Below are positions 27,502 to 38,236 of a stretch of 64,000 nt of DNA, in pieces. The number at the start of each line of letters is the position of its first letter. The stretch's first letter is position 1. The notes under the pieces are model-generated. The model was not told the DNA's origin and searched no databases. It saw nothing but the letters and a program-made list of their open reading frames with translations. Source of the stretch: Candidatus Ozemobacteraceae bacterium (GTDB lineage Bacteria > Muiribacteriota > Ozemobacteria > Ozemobacterales > Ozemobacteraceae); assembly GCA_965140445.1 (NCBI GenBank), contig OZ223236.1, forward strand, positions 3,936,001-4,000,000, in the 5' to 3' direction. The position numbers and the translations under genes were made by a program.

Positions 27502-28080
27502 ATGGCAAATTCAAAAAAAGAACAGTTGCTTTCCGCTGGTTTGGAAGCAATGTTTGAAAAAGGATTCGAAAAAACCACAATTGATGACATTGTTCAAAAT
27601 GCAAGCTGTGGCAAAGGAACCTTTTACAGATATTTTAAAAACAAAGAAGATTTACTTGATACCCTTACAAATAATTTTGGTGAATCGCTATCAAAAGAGT
27701 TAAAAGCTTCATTTTGTTCAAAAAAAAGCTTTAGAGACAACATTCTTGCTTTAATGAAAACCTATTTCGCCAAATTTAGAGACAATCATAAGCTTGGCTT
27801 CGTTATTCATCAAAAAGAGCTTTCGCACAAAAATATAGACTCATGCAAGCATCCTGCATCCAAAATTATAATTCCACAATTGTCACAATTTAGAGAATGT
27901 GTTCAGCAGGCCATTGAAGATAACACTCTAGAAAAAAACGACCCCGAGACATTAGTAAATTTACTGTTCGGCTCTATCCACTTTTTCCTTTTCCGTGAAA
28001 AAATTCTAGGACTCGCTTTCAACGAAGTTGATCTGGAAAAAACTCTCGATATCATTTTAAATGGAGCATTAAAAAAATGA
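27502..28080 (+). CDS. TetR/AcrR-family transcriptional regulator
   Basis: N-terminal HTH KGFEKTTIDDIV...KGTFYRYFKNKEDL. Confidence 0.95.
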   Translation: MANSKKEQLLSAGLEAMFEKGFEKTTIDDIVQNASCGKGTFYRYFKNKEDLLDTLTNNFGESLSKELKASFCSKKSFRDNILALMKTYFAKFRDNHKLGFVIHQKELSHKNIDSCKHPASKIIIPQLSQFRECVQQAIEDNTLEKNDPETLVNLLFGSIHFFLFREKILGLAFNEVDLEKTLDIILNGALKK

Positions 28081-29429
28081 AAACACGCTTAATTACAATC
28101 GCCCTACTTCTTTTAATGACCTCAAGCCTAAATGCAGCAAACCTGGAACAACTTTCAAAAATTGCCATTGAAAGAAATTTAAAAGTTAAAATTTCTCAAT
28201 TGGAAATTGAACAAAGCCTCCTTGATTTAAAAAACAGCGAAATAAAGATGATACCTGACGTCTCACTGGCTTTGAATAAATCCCATAAAACATTTAAGGA
28301 CGACTACCAAAAAAGCAGTCCCTTTAGTTTTGATTCTACTCTTGCTTACAGTCTAAAATTGACTCAGTCTTATCCAGGATTAGGAAAAATCCCCTGGTTA
28401 AACAAAGAAATTGCCAAGCTGAAAACGCAAGCCAAAGAAACCAGTTTAAAAAAATCTGAAGTAAAACTTCTAAGAGACCTTACTAAAACTTTTTTCAAAC
28501 TGGTTAAAGAGCAGGAACTGGCAAAAATTCACAAAACAGACTTGTTTCTAATAAAAGAGCTTCTAAAAGTAGCCAAACTAAATCTTGAAGTTGGATTAGT
28601 TTTAAAAAGCGACATTCTTCGAATAGAAGTTGAACAACTAAACTCAGAAGCCAGCCTGGTTGAATCTGAGAACAACTACTCTAATCTAATCGTTGACCTG
28701 GAAAATTTGTTGAATCTTGAGGATCTTGGTTCAATAACAGTAGAGCTCCCTTCAAGCTTAAAGTTCTCACCACAAGCTTTCGTTGCAAGCGATAGCTTAG
28801 AAATGGTTATGAAAAAAGACCTGGAAATTAAGCTGGCAGAAAACGATTCTGCAATTTTGAGAAAAGCAGAAAAACTTTCCAGGAGTGCGTATTTGCCAAC
28901 ACTAAGCTTTGACAGCTCTTACAACTATGGTAGAAAAATGGGTCCTATTGAAGGAACCAAAGACATTTCGGCAACTTTTGTGCTATCAACCCCTATTTAT
29001 GATAGTGGCGAAATTGAAAACGGCATCAGAATGGCCCAAAAAAATCGAAAAATAAATGACCTTCGAATTGATGATCTAAAAAACCAAAAAAAGTCAGATT
29101 TAGAAAAGGCAATTTCTAACTATGAAGAAGCCATAAAAAGAAAAGCTTTTGCTGAAAAAGCAGTAGAGCACAGCTACGAAAATATGCGAATAGTTTTTTC
29201 AAGATACCAGGAAGGCGATGCATCAATAGTTGAGCTGGTAGATGCTCAACGCATAATAACCAACTCAGCTCAAACTGCAGTAAAAGCATATTATGATGAA
29301 CGTGAAAGGGTTTCAGAAATATTTTTGCAAACCCTTCAGCTTGAGAAAATAAAGGACCTTGATAAAAACCCCTCACCATTAAACGTCGATTTATTGCTTA
29401 AGAGCTTAAATCTTGGAGAAACAAAATGA
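28077..29429 (+). CDS. TolC-family outer membrane efflux protein
   Basis: Signal peptide; two OEP repeats (YLPTLS, PIYDSG, RYQEG...ELVDAQ); ATGA overlap with tetR. Confidence 0.88.
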   Translation: MKTRLITIALLLLMTSSLNAANLEQLSKIAIERNLKVKISQLEIEQSLLDLKNSEIKMIPDVSLALNKSHKTFKDDYQKSSPFSFDSTLAYSLKLTQSYPGLGKIPWLNKEIAKLKTQAKETSLKKSEVKLLRDLTKTFFKLVKEQELAKIHKTDLFLIKELLKVAKLNLEVGLVLKSDILRIEVEQLNSEASLVESENNYSNLIVDLENLLNLEDLGSITVELPSSLKFSPQAFVASDSLEMVMKKDLEIKLAENDSAILRKAEKLSRSAYLPTLSFDSSYNYGRKMGPIEGTKDISATFVLSTPIYDSGEIENGIRMAQKNRKINDLRIDDLKNQKKSDLEKAISNYEEAIKRKAFAEKAVEHSYENMRIVFSRYQEGDASIVELVDAQRIITNSAQTAVKAYYDERERVSEIFLQTLQLEKIKDLDKNPSPLNVDLLLKSLNLGETK

Positions 29430-30442
29430 AACGAATAATATTTTTGATATTAGTAATGAGTCTAATTTCATTGACAGTACAAGCACAGGAAAATGTCATT
29501 GTATCAAAGCCAATAATCGGCAAGATAGAAAGAATATTAAATTTCACAGGAGAAACCAGACCCATAATAGAAAGTTACGCAGCCTGCGATGTTTCCGGCC
29601 CAGTTGCTGCTATATCAGTGGAGGATGGGCAAAAGGTAAAAGCAGGACAATCCCTTGCCACCATAGATAAATCCAGATTTGCTCTAGACTACAGATTGAT
29701 GGAAGCATCGCTGGATATTGCTAAACAGCAGGAAATCGAAGCTAAGAAAGACTATGACCGTAACAAAACTCTCCATGACAAAGGCGCAATAACCCAAAAA
29801 ACTTTTGACCGCGCAGAAACACTTTTAATAAATGCCAAAAGTAGCTTAAAACAAGCTAAAGCAAACTTTGATCGTGCAAAGCTTGATCTGGAAAGGTGCG
29901 AAATAAAATCTCCAATTGATGGTTATTTCGTGGACAGATCCATTGAAATAGGACAAGCAATGCAGCGTGGACAAAATATGGGAATGGTAATCGATCTGGA
30001 CACCATTTTTGTTGAAGCACAAATTCCAGGCAACGATATCCGTCACATAAAAATAGGACAGAAATGTCTTATTGAAGGGAAGTTAGAAGGAACTGTTTCC
30101 TTTATAAACCTTTATGCAGATAATTCTCGATCATTTAAAGTAAAAATTGCTGTACCTAATCCTGATTTAATGTTCAAAGCTAATATGTTTGTAAAAGGTC
30201 AAATAACTCTAGAGGAATACAATAACGTAGCTTTATTCCCATCAAGAGCCATAAGAAATTACCGGGGTAAATATGTTGTTTACACGGTAGATGGAACTAA
30301 AGCCAAAAGACAGGAGATCTCTATAATAGCTCAGGACGGCGAATCAACTTACGCAAAAGAAATAAATGCAGATACAACCTTAGTATTAGTCGGCCAAGAC
30401 AATCTTTCCGAAGAATCCGAAGTAATAATCAGAGAACAATAA
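29426..30442 (+). CDS. RND efflux periplasmic adaptor (MFP)
   Basis: Lipoyl half-motifs VSGPV...VEDGQKVKAGQ and IKSPIDG flank a coiled hairpin; ATGA overlap with tolC. Confidence 0.9.
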   Translation: MKRIIFLILVMSLISLTVQAQENVIVSKPIIGKIERILNFTGETRPIIESYAACDVSGPVAAISVEDGQKVKAGQSLATIDKSRFALDYRLMEASLDIAKQQEIEAKKDYDRNKTLHDKGAITQKTFDRAETLLINAKSSLKQAKANFDRAKLDLERCEIKSPIDGYFVDRSIEIGQAMQRGQNMGMVIDLDTIFVEAQIPGNDIRHIKIGQKCLIEGKLEGTVSFINLYADNSRSFKVKIAVPNPDLMFKANMFVKGQITLEEYNNVALFPSRAIRNYRGKYVVYTVDGTKAKRQEISIIAQDGESTYAKEINADTTLVLVGQDNLSEESEVIIREQ

Positions 30443-30449
30443 AAACATT

Positions 30450-33400
30450 ATGAGTATACCAAGACTATCAATTGACAGACCAATTTCTGTCACCATGCTT
30501 ATGCTGGCCATGGCCCTAATAGGGCTGGCAGCAGGACTATCGTTTAATGTTTCACTATTTCCAGACCTGGACATTCCGGTTGCTTTTGTTCAGGCTCCCT
30601 ACCCCGGTGTTGATCCTGCACAGATGGAAAACATCGTTACCAGAAAAATCGAAGACCAGGTTAATACCGTTGAAAACATTGATAAAATAGAATCCTACTC
30701 TGTTGAAGGCTTCTCACAAATTGTAATTTCTTTTAACTATGGAACGGACATTGATTTGGCAGGAGTGGATCTAAGAGCAAAAGTAGATCTGGCTAAGCGT
30801 GATCTTCCGAGGGATATTGAACAGATTACAGTTTCCAAAGTAGACTTAAATGCAACTCCAGTATTAAATGTCGCTCTCGGCGGAGACTTTGATTTAGTTG
30901 AACTGAGAAAAATCGCTGATAGAGAAATTAAGCCAGCTTTCCAGAGAATCAGCGGCGTAGCAAACGTTGAGATAAAAGGTGGGCTTGAAAGAGAAATTCG
31001 GATAAAGGTTTTCCCCGATAAGCTTAAAGCCATGAACCTTGAAATTAACGACATTATTGATGCTGTTAACAGAGACAACCAAAATACTTCTATCGGTAAC
31101 ATTAATGAAGGAAACTTCAAATATCTAATCAGATCAGAGGGAGAAGCCAAAACACCTCAAGATCTTGGAAGAATAATTGTAAAAGAAATAGATTCCAGAC
31201 CGGTTTACCTCTCAGAGCTTGCGGTTATTGAAGACTCTCACAAAGACATTGAAGCCATATCACGAATTAATGGCCTGACTTCAGTAAACCTTGAAATAAA
31301 AAAAGAAGCTGGAGCAAACCCAGTTGTGATCTCAGATGAAGCCAAAAAGCTCATTCCAAAACTGATTGAAAAGTATAAAGGAAAAATGACAATCATCATT
31401 GGAAAGGATTCAACGGACTTTATTCGTGATTCTATTCAGATGGTAAAAGACAATGCCTTTATGGGAGGGTTATTTGCCCTCACTATCCTTTTTATCTTTT
31501 TAAAAAATTACCGATCCACAATCATTATTGGAATAAGCATACCAATCGCTATCCTCGCAACATTTGGCATGTTGACAGTAAAAAAAGATATCACCTTGAA
31601 CCTGATGACCCTTGGCGGACTAGCCCTTGGGATAGGTATGATGATCGACAATGCAATTGTTGTAATAGAAAACATCTTCAGATATTTCAGAGACAACAAA
31701 GATGGAGATAAAAAAGAACTTACAGCAAAAGCAACCGAAGAAGTTTTGATGCCGATTGTTGCATCAACAGCAACAACGGTCGCCGTTTTTCTTCCCATCG
31801 GCTTTGTTCCACAGGTTGTTGGTGAAGTTTTCTTCAATATGTCCCTGGCAATTGTTTTCTCCCTGCTGGCATCCCTAATTGTTGCAATAACGCTGATTCC
31901 AATGCTCTGTTCTAGATTCTTAGAGCTTGATGGGCTATTTATGGAAGACATTATTGTAAAAGTATACAAATCTATTTTTAAATGGATTAAAGCCAATATT
32001 GCCAAATTTACAATTGCACTAGCTGTTCTTACTCTGGCTTCATCCTCTGCTTTCTACCTATCGCTAAAGAATCCCAAACTCCAGGGAATTCTGGCAAAGA
32101 TGCATTTAATGCCTCTAGTTGAAATGCACGGGCCGGCACTTGCTGCTATTTTCTACTCGGTAGCAATATTAGCCGCCATTGCAGGATTGCCAATACTACT
32201 CGCAGCCATATTGAAGTTGTTCAATTTGATTACTGGTAAAATCCTCTTTCCGATCTTTGATTTTTTTGTAATGAAACTTCTACGCGGCTTTTATGTAATG
32301 GTTTTAAAAATCCTTATGAGGCACGGGGTCCTCAGGGTTCTTTATTTCATTTTAACCATTGGAATTTTCTTTGTAAGCCTGAGATACCAGCCAGCAATGG
32401 GCTTCTTTCCGAAAATGGATAAAGGGGAATTTATAATAATATTTGAAACCCCAGAAGGAACAAGCGTTGAGAAATCGGATGAAATAACCTCAAAGATCGA
32501 AGCTATTCTTAAAGGTTACCCGGAAATTAACAAGGTCATTACCAATTCTAATGTTGGTGGAGGCGACCTCACAGCAAAGCTTATCCCTAACAAGGATAGA
32601 AAACGAACCACAAATGAAATTATTGGTCTGGTCCGTGAACAAGTTGCAAAAATTCCAGGCTACAGAACCATAAACTACAAAGAACCGCAGATGGGAAAAC
32701 CGTCCAGAGGAAAATCTATTCAGATTGAAATCATGGGCGATGATTTTGCCATTCTGGAAGGAATTTGCCGAAAGGTTTACGACAAAATCAAAGATATCAA
32801 GGGCTTGAAAGATCTTGAAGACGGCATTAATACTGGAAGACCTGAAGTTAGACTTGTTTTCGACAGAGAAAAAATCCGCGATCTTGGTTTAAGTCTTTCC
32901 AAGATAGCTGGCATGGCAAGAAGCTACGTCTATGGGTCACTGGCTGGAAAATATAAAGAAAACAACGATGAATTTGATATCAGAGTTGAATCTTCAGATT
33001 TATCCAAAGACAAAATTGCAAAATTCATGGAGCTGGAAATAGCACTTGAAAAAGGAAAATTTCTCAAGCTTTCACAAATAGCTCAATTTAGACCTTCAGC
33101 AGGTTACAGTACTATTGAAAGAAAAAATCTTGCACGAAGGCTAATTGTTCAAGCCGATCCAGATGGAAAGTCAATTGGAGCACTGGTAACTGAAATTTCT
33201 GATAGAATAAAAGACATTAAGGTACCGCCTGGATACGTTATAAACTTTGGCGGTGAAAATGAAGACATGAAAGAAGCTTTCGGCTATCTTGCCCTGGCAT
33301 TGGTAGCTTCTATTCTCCTTGTTTACATGATTATGGCTTCCCAATTTGAATCCATTGTCTATCCGTTCATCATCATGTTTACAATCCCTCTTTCCTATAT

Positions 33401-33818
33401 GGGTGTTGTGGGTGGCTTAAACATCATGGGATTTGAATTTAGTATTACTGCCATGATTGGAATAATTATGCTGGCGGGTATTGCGGTTAACAACGGTATT
33501 ATCCTGATTGAGTATATTATTCTTCGTCGGGAAACGCTTCACGAGACAACTTATGAAGCAACCATCATGGCAGGGACTCTTAGATTCAGACCAATCCTTA
33601 TGACCGTATTTACTACAACTCTTGGCATGCTGCCACTAGCTTTGGGTATTGGAGCTGGATCAGATTTCTATCAACCGCTGGCCATTTCCGTAACAGGTGG
33701 GTTAATGGTTTCTACGGTTTTGACTCTAACCTTTGTTCCAACAGTTTTTGTGATTGTTGAAGATATCCTTCACTTTTTCAAAAAACTTGTCTCAGGAATT
33801 TCAATTCCAACAAAATAA
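30450..33818 (+). CDS. AcrB/AcrD/AcrF-family RND efflux permease
   Basis: RPIS N-terminus, GMMIDNAIVVIENI, AVNNGIIL, RFRPILMT, PLAI..GG. Confidence 0.95.
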   Translation: MSIPRLSIDRPISVTMLMLAMALIGLAAGLSFNVSLFPDLDIPVAFVQAPYPGVDPAQMENIVTRKIEDQVNTVENIDKIESYSVEGFSQIVISFNYGTDIDLAGVDLRAKVDLAKRDLPRDIEQITVSKVDLNATPVLNVALGGDFDLVELRKIADREIKPAFQRISGVANVEIKGGLEREIRIKVFPDKLKAMNLEINDIIDAVNRDNQNTSIGNINEGNFKYLIRSEGEAKTPQDLGRIIVKEIDSRPVYLSELAVIEDSHKDIEAISRINGLTSVNLEIKKEAGANPVVISDEAKKLIPKLIEKYKGKMTIIIGKDSTDFIRDSIQMVKDNAFMGGLFALTILFIFLKNYRSTIIIGISIPIAILATFGMLTVKKDITLNLMTLGGLALGIGMMIDNAIVVIENIFRYFRDNKDGDKKELTAKATEEVLMPIVASTATTVAVFLPIGFVPQVVGEVFFNMSLAIVFSLLASLIVAITLIPMLCSRFLELDGLFMEDIIVKVYKSIFKWIKANIAKFTIALAVLTLASSSAFYLSLKNPKLQGILAKMHLMPLVEMHGPALAAIFYSVAILAAIAGLPILLAAILKLFNLITGKILFPIFDFFVMKLLRGFYVMVLKILMRHGVLRVLYFILTIGIFFVSLRYQPAMGFFPKMDKGEFIIIFETPEGTSVEKSDEITSKIEAILKGYPEINKVITNSNVGGGDLTAKLIPNKDRKRTTNEIIGLVREQVAKIPGYRTINYKEPQMGKPSRGKSIQIEIMGDDFAILEGICRKVYDKIKDIKGLKDLEDGINTGRPEVRLVFDREKIRDLGLSLSKIAGMARSYVYGSLAGKYKENNDEFDIRVESSDLSKDKIAKFMELEIALEKGKFLKLSQIAQFRPSAGYSTIERKNLARRLIVQADPDGKSIGALVTEISDRIKDIKVPPGYVINFGGENEDMKEAFGYLALALVASILLVYMIMASQFESIVYPFIIMFTIPLSYMGVVGGLNIMGFEFSITAMIGIIMLAGIAVNNGIILIEYIILRRETLHETTYEATIMAGTLRFRPILMTVFTTTLGMLPLALGIGAGSDFYQPLAISVTGGLMVSTVLTLTFVPTVFVIVEDILHFFKKLVSGISIPTK

Positions 33819-33835
33819 GCTAATCATTAAGTTTT

Positions 33836-33879
33836 GAGGCAGATCGGCCGAATAAAGGCAGGTCTGCTTCTTACTTTTT
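33836..33879 (+). terminator. Probable terminator of the efflux operon
   Basis: Imperfect stem GAGGCAGATC / GGTCTGCTTC (with G-U pairs) followed by TTACTTTTT. Confidence 0.5.
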
Positions 33880-33901
33880 AGACCTCACGTAGGCAAAAAA
33901 G

Positions 33902-33930
33902 TTGCCATAAAAGCAAACTTGAGGTAGAAT
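33902..33930 (+). promoter_or_regulatory. Putative sigma70-type promoter of arcA
   Basis: TTGCCA-17 nt-TAGAAT, 42 nt before the ATG. Confidence 0.6.
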
Positions 33931-33972
33931 TTCATCCCTTCAGGATTTACAAAACATTCAAAAGGACACAGT

Positions 33973-35241
33973 ATGATAGCGCAGCAATTGAAGTTTGATA
34001 TTGGTGTAAACTCTGAGATTGGCCAACTCGAAGGAGTCATTCTCCATACTCCAGGCCTTGAAATTGAAAATATGACACCAGAAAATGCAGAAAGAGCACT
34101 TTATAGTGATATTTTGAATCTTTCTGTAGCCTCAGTAGAGTACACTCAACTTAAAACAGTAATGAGCAAGGTCTGCAGAACATTTTATGTTAAAAATCTG
34201 CTTGAACAGGTCTTGCACAATTCCAAAGTCAGACAAACACTTATTGAGAAAATTCTTTTCAACGAAAATGCCGAAGATATCAGGGAAGAATTAATGGCTT
34301 TGGACGAAAAAAACCTGGCTAAATGTCTGCTGGAAGGCATGAGCATGAAAAAGGACAATTTGAGTAAATTTCTTAGCAAAGAAAAATACTCATTGCGCCC
34401 ACTTCACAACTTTTTCTTCACCAGAGATTCCTCAATTACAATCAATGATTGGGTTCTAATTGCTCATATGGCCAATAAGGTCAGAACAAGAGAATCGATG
34501 ATCATGGAAGCTATATTTGATTTTCATCCTCTCTTTAGTGCTAGAACAGTTAACCCACTCACGATTGAGGGCGACACCAGCAATTTGAAAATTGAAGGTG
34601 GCGATATACTTATTGCCAGAGAAGACATTCTTTTGGTTGGGATTGGCGCAAGAACAACCCCGCAGGCCATTGATTTCCTGATTGAGCACTTTAAACGACT
34701 TGGCAAGAGACATCACATTGTTGTTCAGGAATTACCGATTCAACCAGAATCATTTATTCATCTGGATATGGTATTCACTCTTCTTGATGTTGATAAATGT
34801 ATGATTTATGAACCGGTTATCTTGCAGCCAAATCGCTTTAAAACGGTTCACATCGACATTGATAATGGCGAAGTAAAAACCATCAGAGAAGAACATAACA
34901 TTCTTACCGCCCTTTCTCATCTGGGAATGGATCTCAAGCCAATAAGCTGTGGCGGTACCTCCTCTGACCCCTGGATACAAGAAAGAGAACAATGGCATAG
35001 CGGCGCGAACTTCTTTTGCCTTGGCCCTGGAAAAATCATTGGCTACAGACGAAATGTAAACACTATTGAAGAGCTTGACCGCAATGGTTTTGAAATCATT
35101 GATGCATTGGATGTAATTGAGAATAAAGTTGATCTGGACACATACAACAAATATGTTGTCACCATTGACGGTTCAGAACTTGCGCGTGGAGGCGGCGGTT
35201 GTAGATGTATGACCATGCCAATAAGAAGAGCTGCGGTTTAA
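33973..35241 (+). CDS. arcA: Arginine deiminase
   Basis: SEIGQL, FFTRD, IEGGD, HLD, EQW and ELARGGGGCRCMTMP (catalytic Cys). Confidence 0.92.
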   Translation: MIAQQLKFDIGVNSEIGQLEGVILHTPGLEIENMTPENAERALYSDILNLSVASVEYTQLKTVMSKVCRTFYVKNLLEQVLHNSKVRQTLIEKILFNENAEDIREELMALDEKNLAKCLLEGMSMKKDNLSKFLSKEKYSLRPLHNFFFTRDSSITINDWVLIAHMANKVRTRESMIMEAIFDFHPLFSARTVNPLTIEGDTSNLKIEGGDILIAREDILLVGIGARTTPQAIDFLIEHFKRLGKRHHIVVQELPIQPESFIHLDMVFTLLDVDKCMIYEPVILQPNRFKTVHIDIDNGEVKTIREEHNILTALSHLGMDLKPISCGGTSSDPWIQEREQWHSGANFFCLGPGKIIGYRRNVNTIEELDRNGFEIIDALDVIENKVDLDTYNKYVVTIDGSELARGGGGCRCMTMPIRRAAV

Positions 35242-35293
35242 TATTCGTTAAATCTGCGATTTTTGCCTTTCAAATTTTCTTAAACTCGTCTAG

Positions 35294-35331
35294 AATAAAG
35301 CCTGAAGGATAATTCTTCAGGCTTTATTTTT
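35294..35331 (+). terminator. Rho-independent terminator after arcA
   Basis: 14-bp stem AATAAAGCCTGAAG / CTTCAGGCTTTATT followed by a T-run. Confidence 0.75.
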
Positions 35332-35413
35332 CTATATTAGTTACCCGGATTTATAAGAAGAAATAGACTAAGAATGGCATAGAGGCGAGATTTAAAAGCG
35401 GTGAGTCATAAAA

Positions 35414-38236
35414 ATGACAAAAGTTGAAACTGAAAAACTTGCGTCTTTTTCTGAACGTGCAACCATATTGGTGATGTTGGTTGCGATTTTTCTATCAACA
35501 CTTCTTGGAATTGAATCATGGTTTAGCGGTAAAATTGAGCATAGAAAAACAACTATTCTTGATTTTCAAAAACAAGTATTAAAAAAAATAGCTGCTAAAA
35601 CTGAACCTGAGATATTTCTATCTCGAAAAATCCTGCCTCTATTAAAAACTCAATTAGAGCATCCAGAGCGACTAAAGCAAACAAGGGATTTCTTTTTCTT
35701 AAAATATGGAATAGATCTTAATTTTTATACCTTTGATAAAAAAGCCAGATTAAAGCAATCTGCCCCAAAAAGAGCTCCAAATATTTGGTTAATGAAAAAT
35801 CTTTTTCCTGCATTAATCGAAAAAGATGGAAAAAAAATCAAAGCATTAGGGAAAAAACTCGATAGAAAAATCCAGTTTTCCTTTGGCTTCGGCAAAGACC
35901 TGATTTCTTTAAAAAAGAATGAGGAAAGATTAATTGAAACCAGTTTTGACCAAAAAACAGGCTTCTTTACCTGGACCAACCGAAAAAATGGTGGACTAAT
36001 AATTTACTGCCCGGAAATTCCAAAAGCAAAAGCAATCTTCAGACAAACTCTTTTGGGCAGCAAAAAACCAGAAGGCCTCATTTCAGCCGGACACTTGAAT
36101 CCTGACCACCACAAACAAAGTTTTGGACTTCCAGAAAGAGCATTTTCACAAATTGCAAAAACTGGAGAAGAATCAATCCGATTTGCTGGCTATGATTGGG
36201 CTTTTACCAAAACGGCATCTGGGAACATTTTATTCACCTGCTTTAAAATTGGTAAGAATAATTATCTTCACGCTCTACACATTACCCGTTTAATCTGTTT
36301 AATCATGGGAATTTGCTCCCTTTGTTACTTTGGCTTTTCCTCAAAGCCACTTCAGCTGAAAACCCTGCTGATAACCATGTTCTTTGCTTCTTCAATGATT
36401 CCTTTGAGCGGAATAGCAATCACCACAATAGATAACCTTGATGTCTACAGGGAGATTCAAACGAACAAAATCAGAGCTGGACAAGAAGAAGCCCTTGGTA
36501 ATATTGCTCAGAATTTTTCAGCTTATCTGGCTTCAAGTTCCCTTACACTAATGAAACTTACAGAATCACCTGGAATTAGTGGGAATTCTAAAGAAGCCAT
36601 TTCCATGAAAAGAAGAATTCTTTCTATTTTTCCAGATGCCCAGATAACTGTAAGAAACGCTGGCGCCCAGCTTCTATACTCCCATGGGCTTCCCGGCTCT
36701 CCAGGTCGTGAGACGGTTTTTAAATCGCTCTCCCGTAGAATGATAGAGCGATATGCGCCAACGAGACTAAATGAGCACAAATATAGCGGCAACCCTTTTT
36801 CTGACTCAATGGCAAACAAAGATGACATGGGTTTTTCAACCCTTATAAACCATCCAAACTCACTCCAGTTGGTCAGGACTGGAAATGCTGAATCCCTGCT
36901 ATTTTACCGCACCCTTCCCGCAAGCGCCGGAGATTGCGCAATGGTACAAGTTGAGCTTTCAACTTTTGCTACCATGAAAAAATATTTTAAGAGCCTTGAA
37001 AAAAAGCATTTTGAAGTTGGAACCTTACGCATAGATATTTCAGCCTTTTTCCAGAAAGGTTACCGGTGGTCTCTCCCGCCACTGAGAAAAAGAGAGCAAA
37101 GAATTTTATCGCTTGCGGAACAAACTGTTGCAGTTGGAAAATCCCAGTTTGAAAGATACTCAGACTCAGATTCATTAAATGGATTTTGTCTATGTATGCA
37201 GGTTCCAGAATTATCCGGCAATTGTCTGATCGCTTATTGTTCTGCCAACCAGATGGACCAGCAACTAAACAAAATGAAAAAACGCATCGGCCTGGGAGCT
37301 CTGCTGGCATTGGTAATCATCTTCTTTATTGTTTCCTGGATTTCCAAACAGCTGATTTCCCCGCTGGAACATCTTAGCAAAGGAGTTCAAGCATTGTTTG
37401 AGAGGAAGTTTGAGTCCAGACTTCCTGAGCCAGGCGGAAGTGATGAGATGGCAAAGTTATTTTCAGCTTTTAATGAAATGATGGCAGAAAGTTACGATAT
37501 GCAAATAGCTCATAATGTCCAGGAAGGCTTAATACCTCATAAATTTCCTGAAATAGAAAACTATTCTATGCATGGCATGCTACGATCGGCTTCAGACCTT
37601 GGTGGGGATTGTCTTGATTGTTTCATGATGAATGAAACAAAGTTATTGTTTTTAATAGGTGATATCACCGGGCATGGAGTAGGTTCAGCTCTGATAATGG
37701 CTTTTTCCAGGGCAATAACTTTTCACTGGAGCCAGAAAGGTTCTGGACTTCCCACTGAACTAACGGATCAAATCGACGAAATGCTTCGAAAAAATAAAAC
37801 AGACCGTATGTTTATGGGAATAATCTGTGGCACACTTGACCTGGAAACAAATGAAGTTGAGATCGTTGTAAAGGGACACATCTATCCCCTTTTAATCAAG
37901 AAGGATTCCAGAAAAGAATGGGTTGGCATTCCAGCCTTTCCACTCGGTATTGGACGTCCATCCCCCTCAAAATCCACAAGATTCATTCTTGAGGAGGGGG
38001 ACAGATTACTGTGCGTTACAGATGGATTTCTTGAAGGACTAAATTCCAACATGGAAATGATTGGATTTGACCGAATTGAAAATTGGGCAGACGAAGCATT
38101 TTCGGTAGACTCAAAGACCTGGATAGCTAATCTTGATGAACTGTACCATAAATGGTGTGGCAACTTTCAGGCCGATGATATTTCCATTTTTGCCTTGTCC
38201 CACTTAAACAGGGAGAATACAAGTGAGCAGCAATAA
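35414..38236 (+). CDS. Membrane HAMP + SpoIIE/RsbU-type PP2C phosphatase
   Basis: About 4 TM segments with two extracytoplasmic domains; HAMP (PLEHL...DEMAKL..AFNEM); GGDCLD, GDITGHG, TDG, ADDIS. Confidence 0.88.
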   Translation: MTKVETEKLASFSERATILVMLVAIFLSTLLGIESWFSGKIEHRKTTILDFQKQVLKKIAAKTEPEIFLSRKILPLLKTQLEHPERLKQTRDFFFLKYGIDLNFYTFDKKARLKQSAPKRAPNIWLMKNLFPALIEKDGKKIKALGKKLDRKIQFSFGFGKDLISLKKNEERLIETSFDQKTGFFTWTNRKNGGLIIYCPEIPKAKAIFRQTLLGSKKPEGLISAGHLNPDHHKQSFGLPERAFSQIAKTGEESIRFAGYDWAFTKTASGNILFTCFKIGKNNYLHALHITRLICLIMGICSLCYFGFSSKPLQLKTLLITMFFASSMIPLSGIAITTIDNLDVYREIQTNKIRAGQEEALGNIAQNFSAYLASSSLTLMKLTESPGISGNSKEAISMKRRILSIFPDAQITVRNAGAQLLYSHGLPGSPGRETVFKSLSRRMIERYAPTRLNEHKYSGNPFSDSMANKDDMGFSTLINHPNSLQLVRTGNAESLLFYRTLPASAGDCAMVQVELSTFATMKKYFKSLEKKHFEVGTLRIDISAFFQKGYRWSLPPLRKREQRILSLAEQTVAVGKSQFERYSDSDSLNGFCLCMQVPELSGNCLIAYCSANQMDQQLNKMKKRIGLGALLALVIIFFIVSWISKQLISPLEHLSKGVQALFERKFESRLPEPGGSDEMAKLFSAFNEMMAESYDMQIAHNVQEGLIPHKFPEIENYSMHGMLRSASDLGGDCLDCFMMNETKLLFLIGDITGHGVGSALIMAFSRAITFHWSQKGSGLPTELTDQIDEMLRKNKTDRMFMGIICGTLDLETNEVEIVVKGHIYPLLIKKDSRKEWVGIPAFPLGIGRPSPSKSTRFILEEGDRLLCVTDGFLEGLNSNMEMIGFDRIENWADEAFSVDSKTWIANLDELYHKWCGNFQADDISIFALSHLNRENTSEQQ

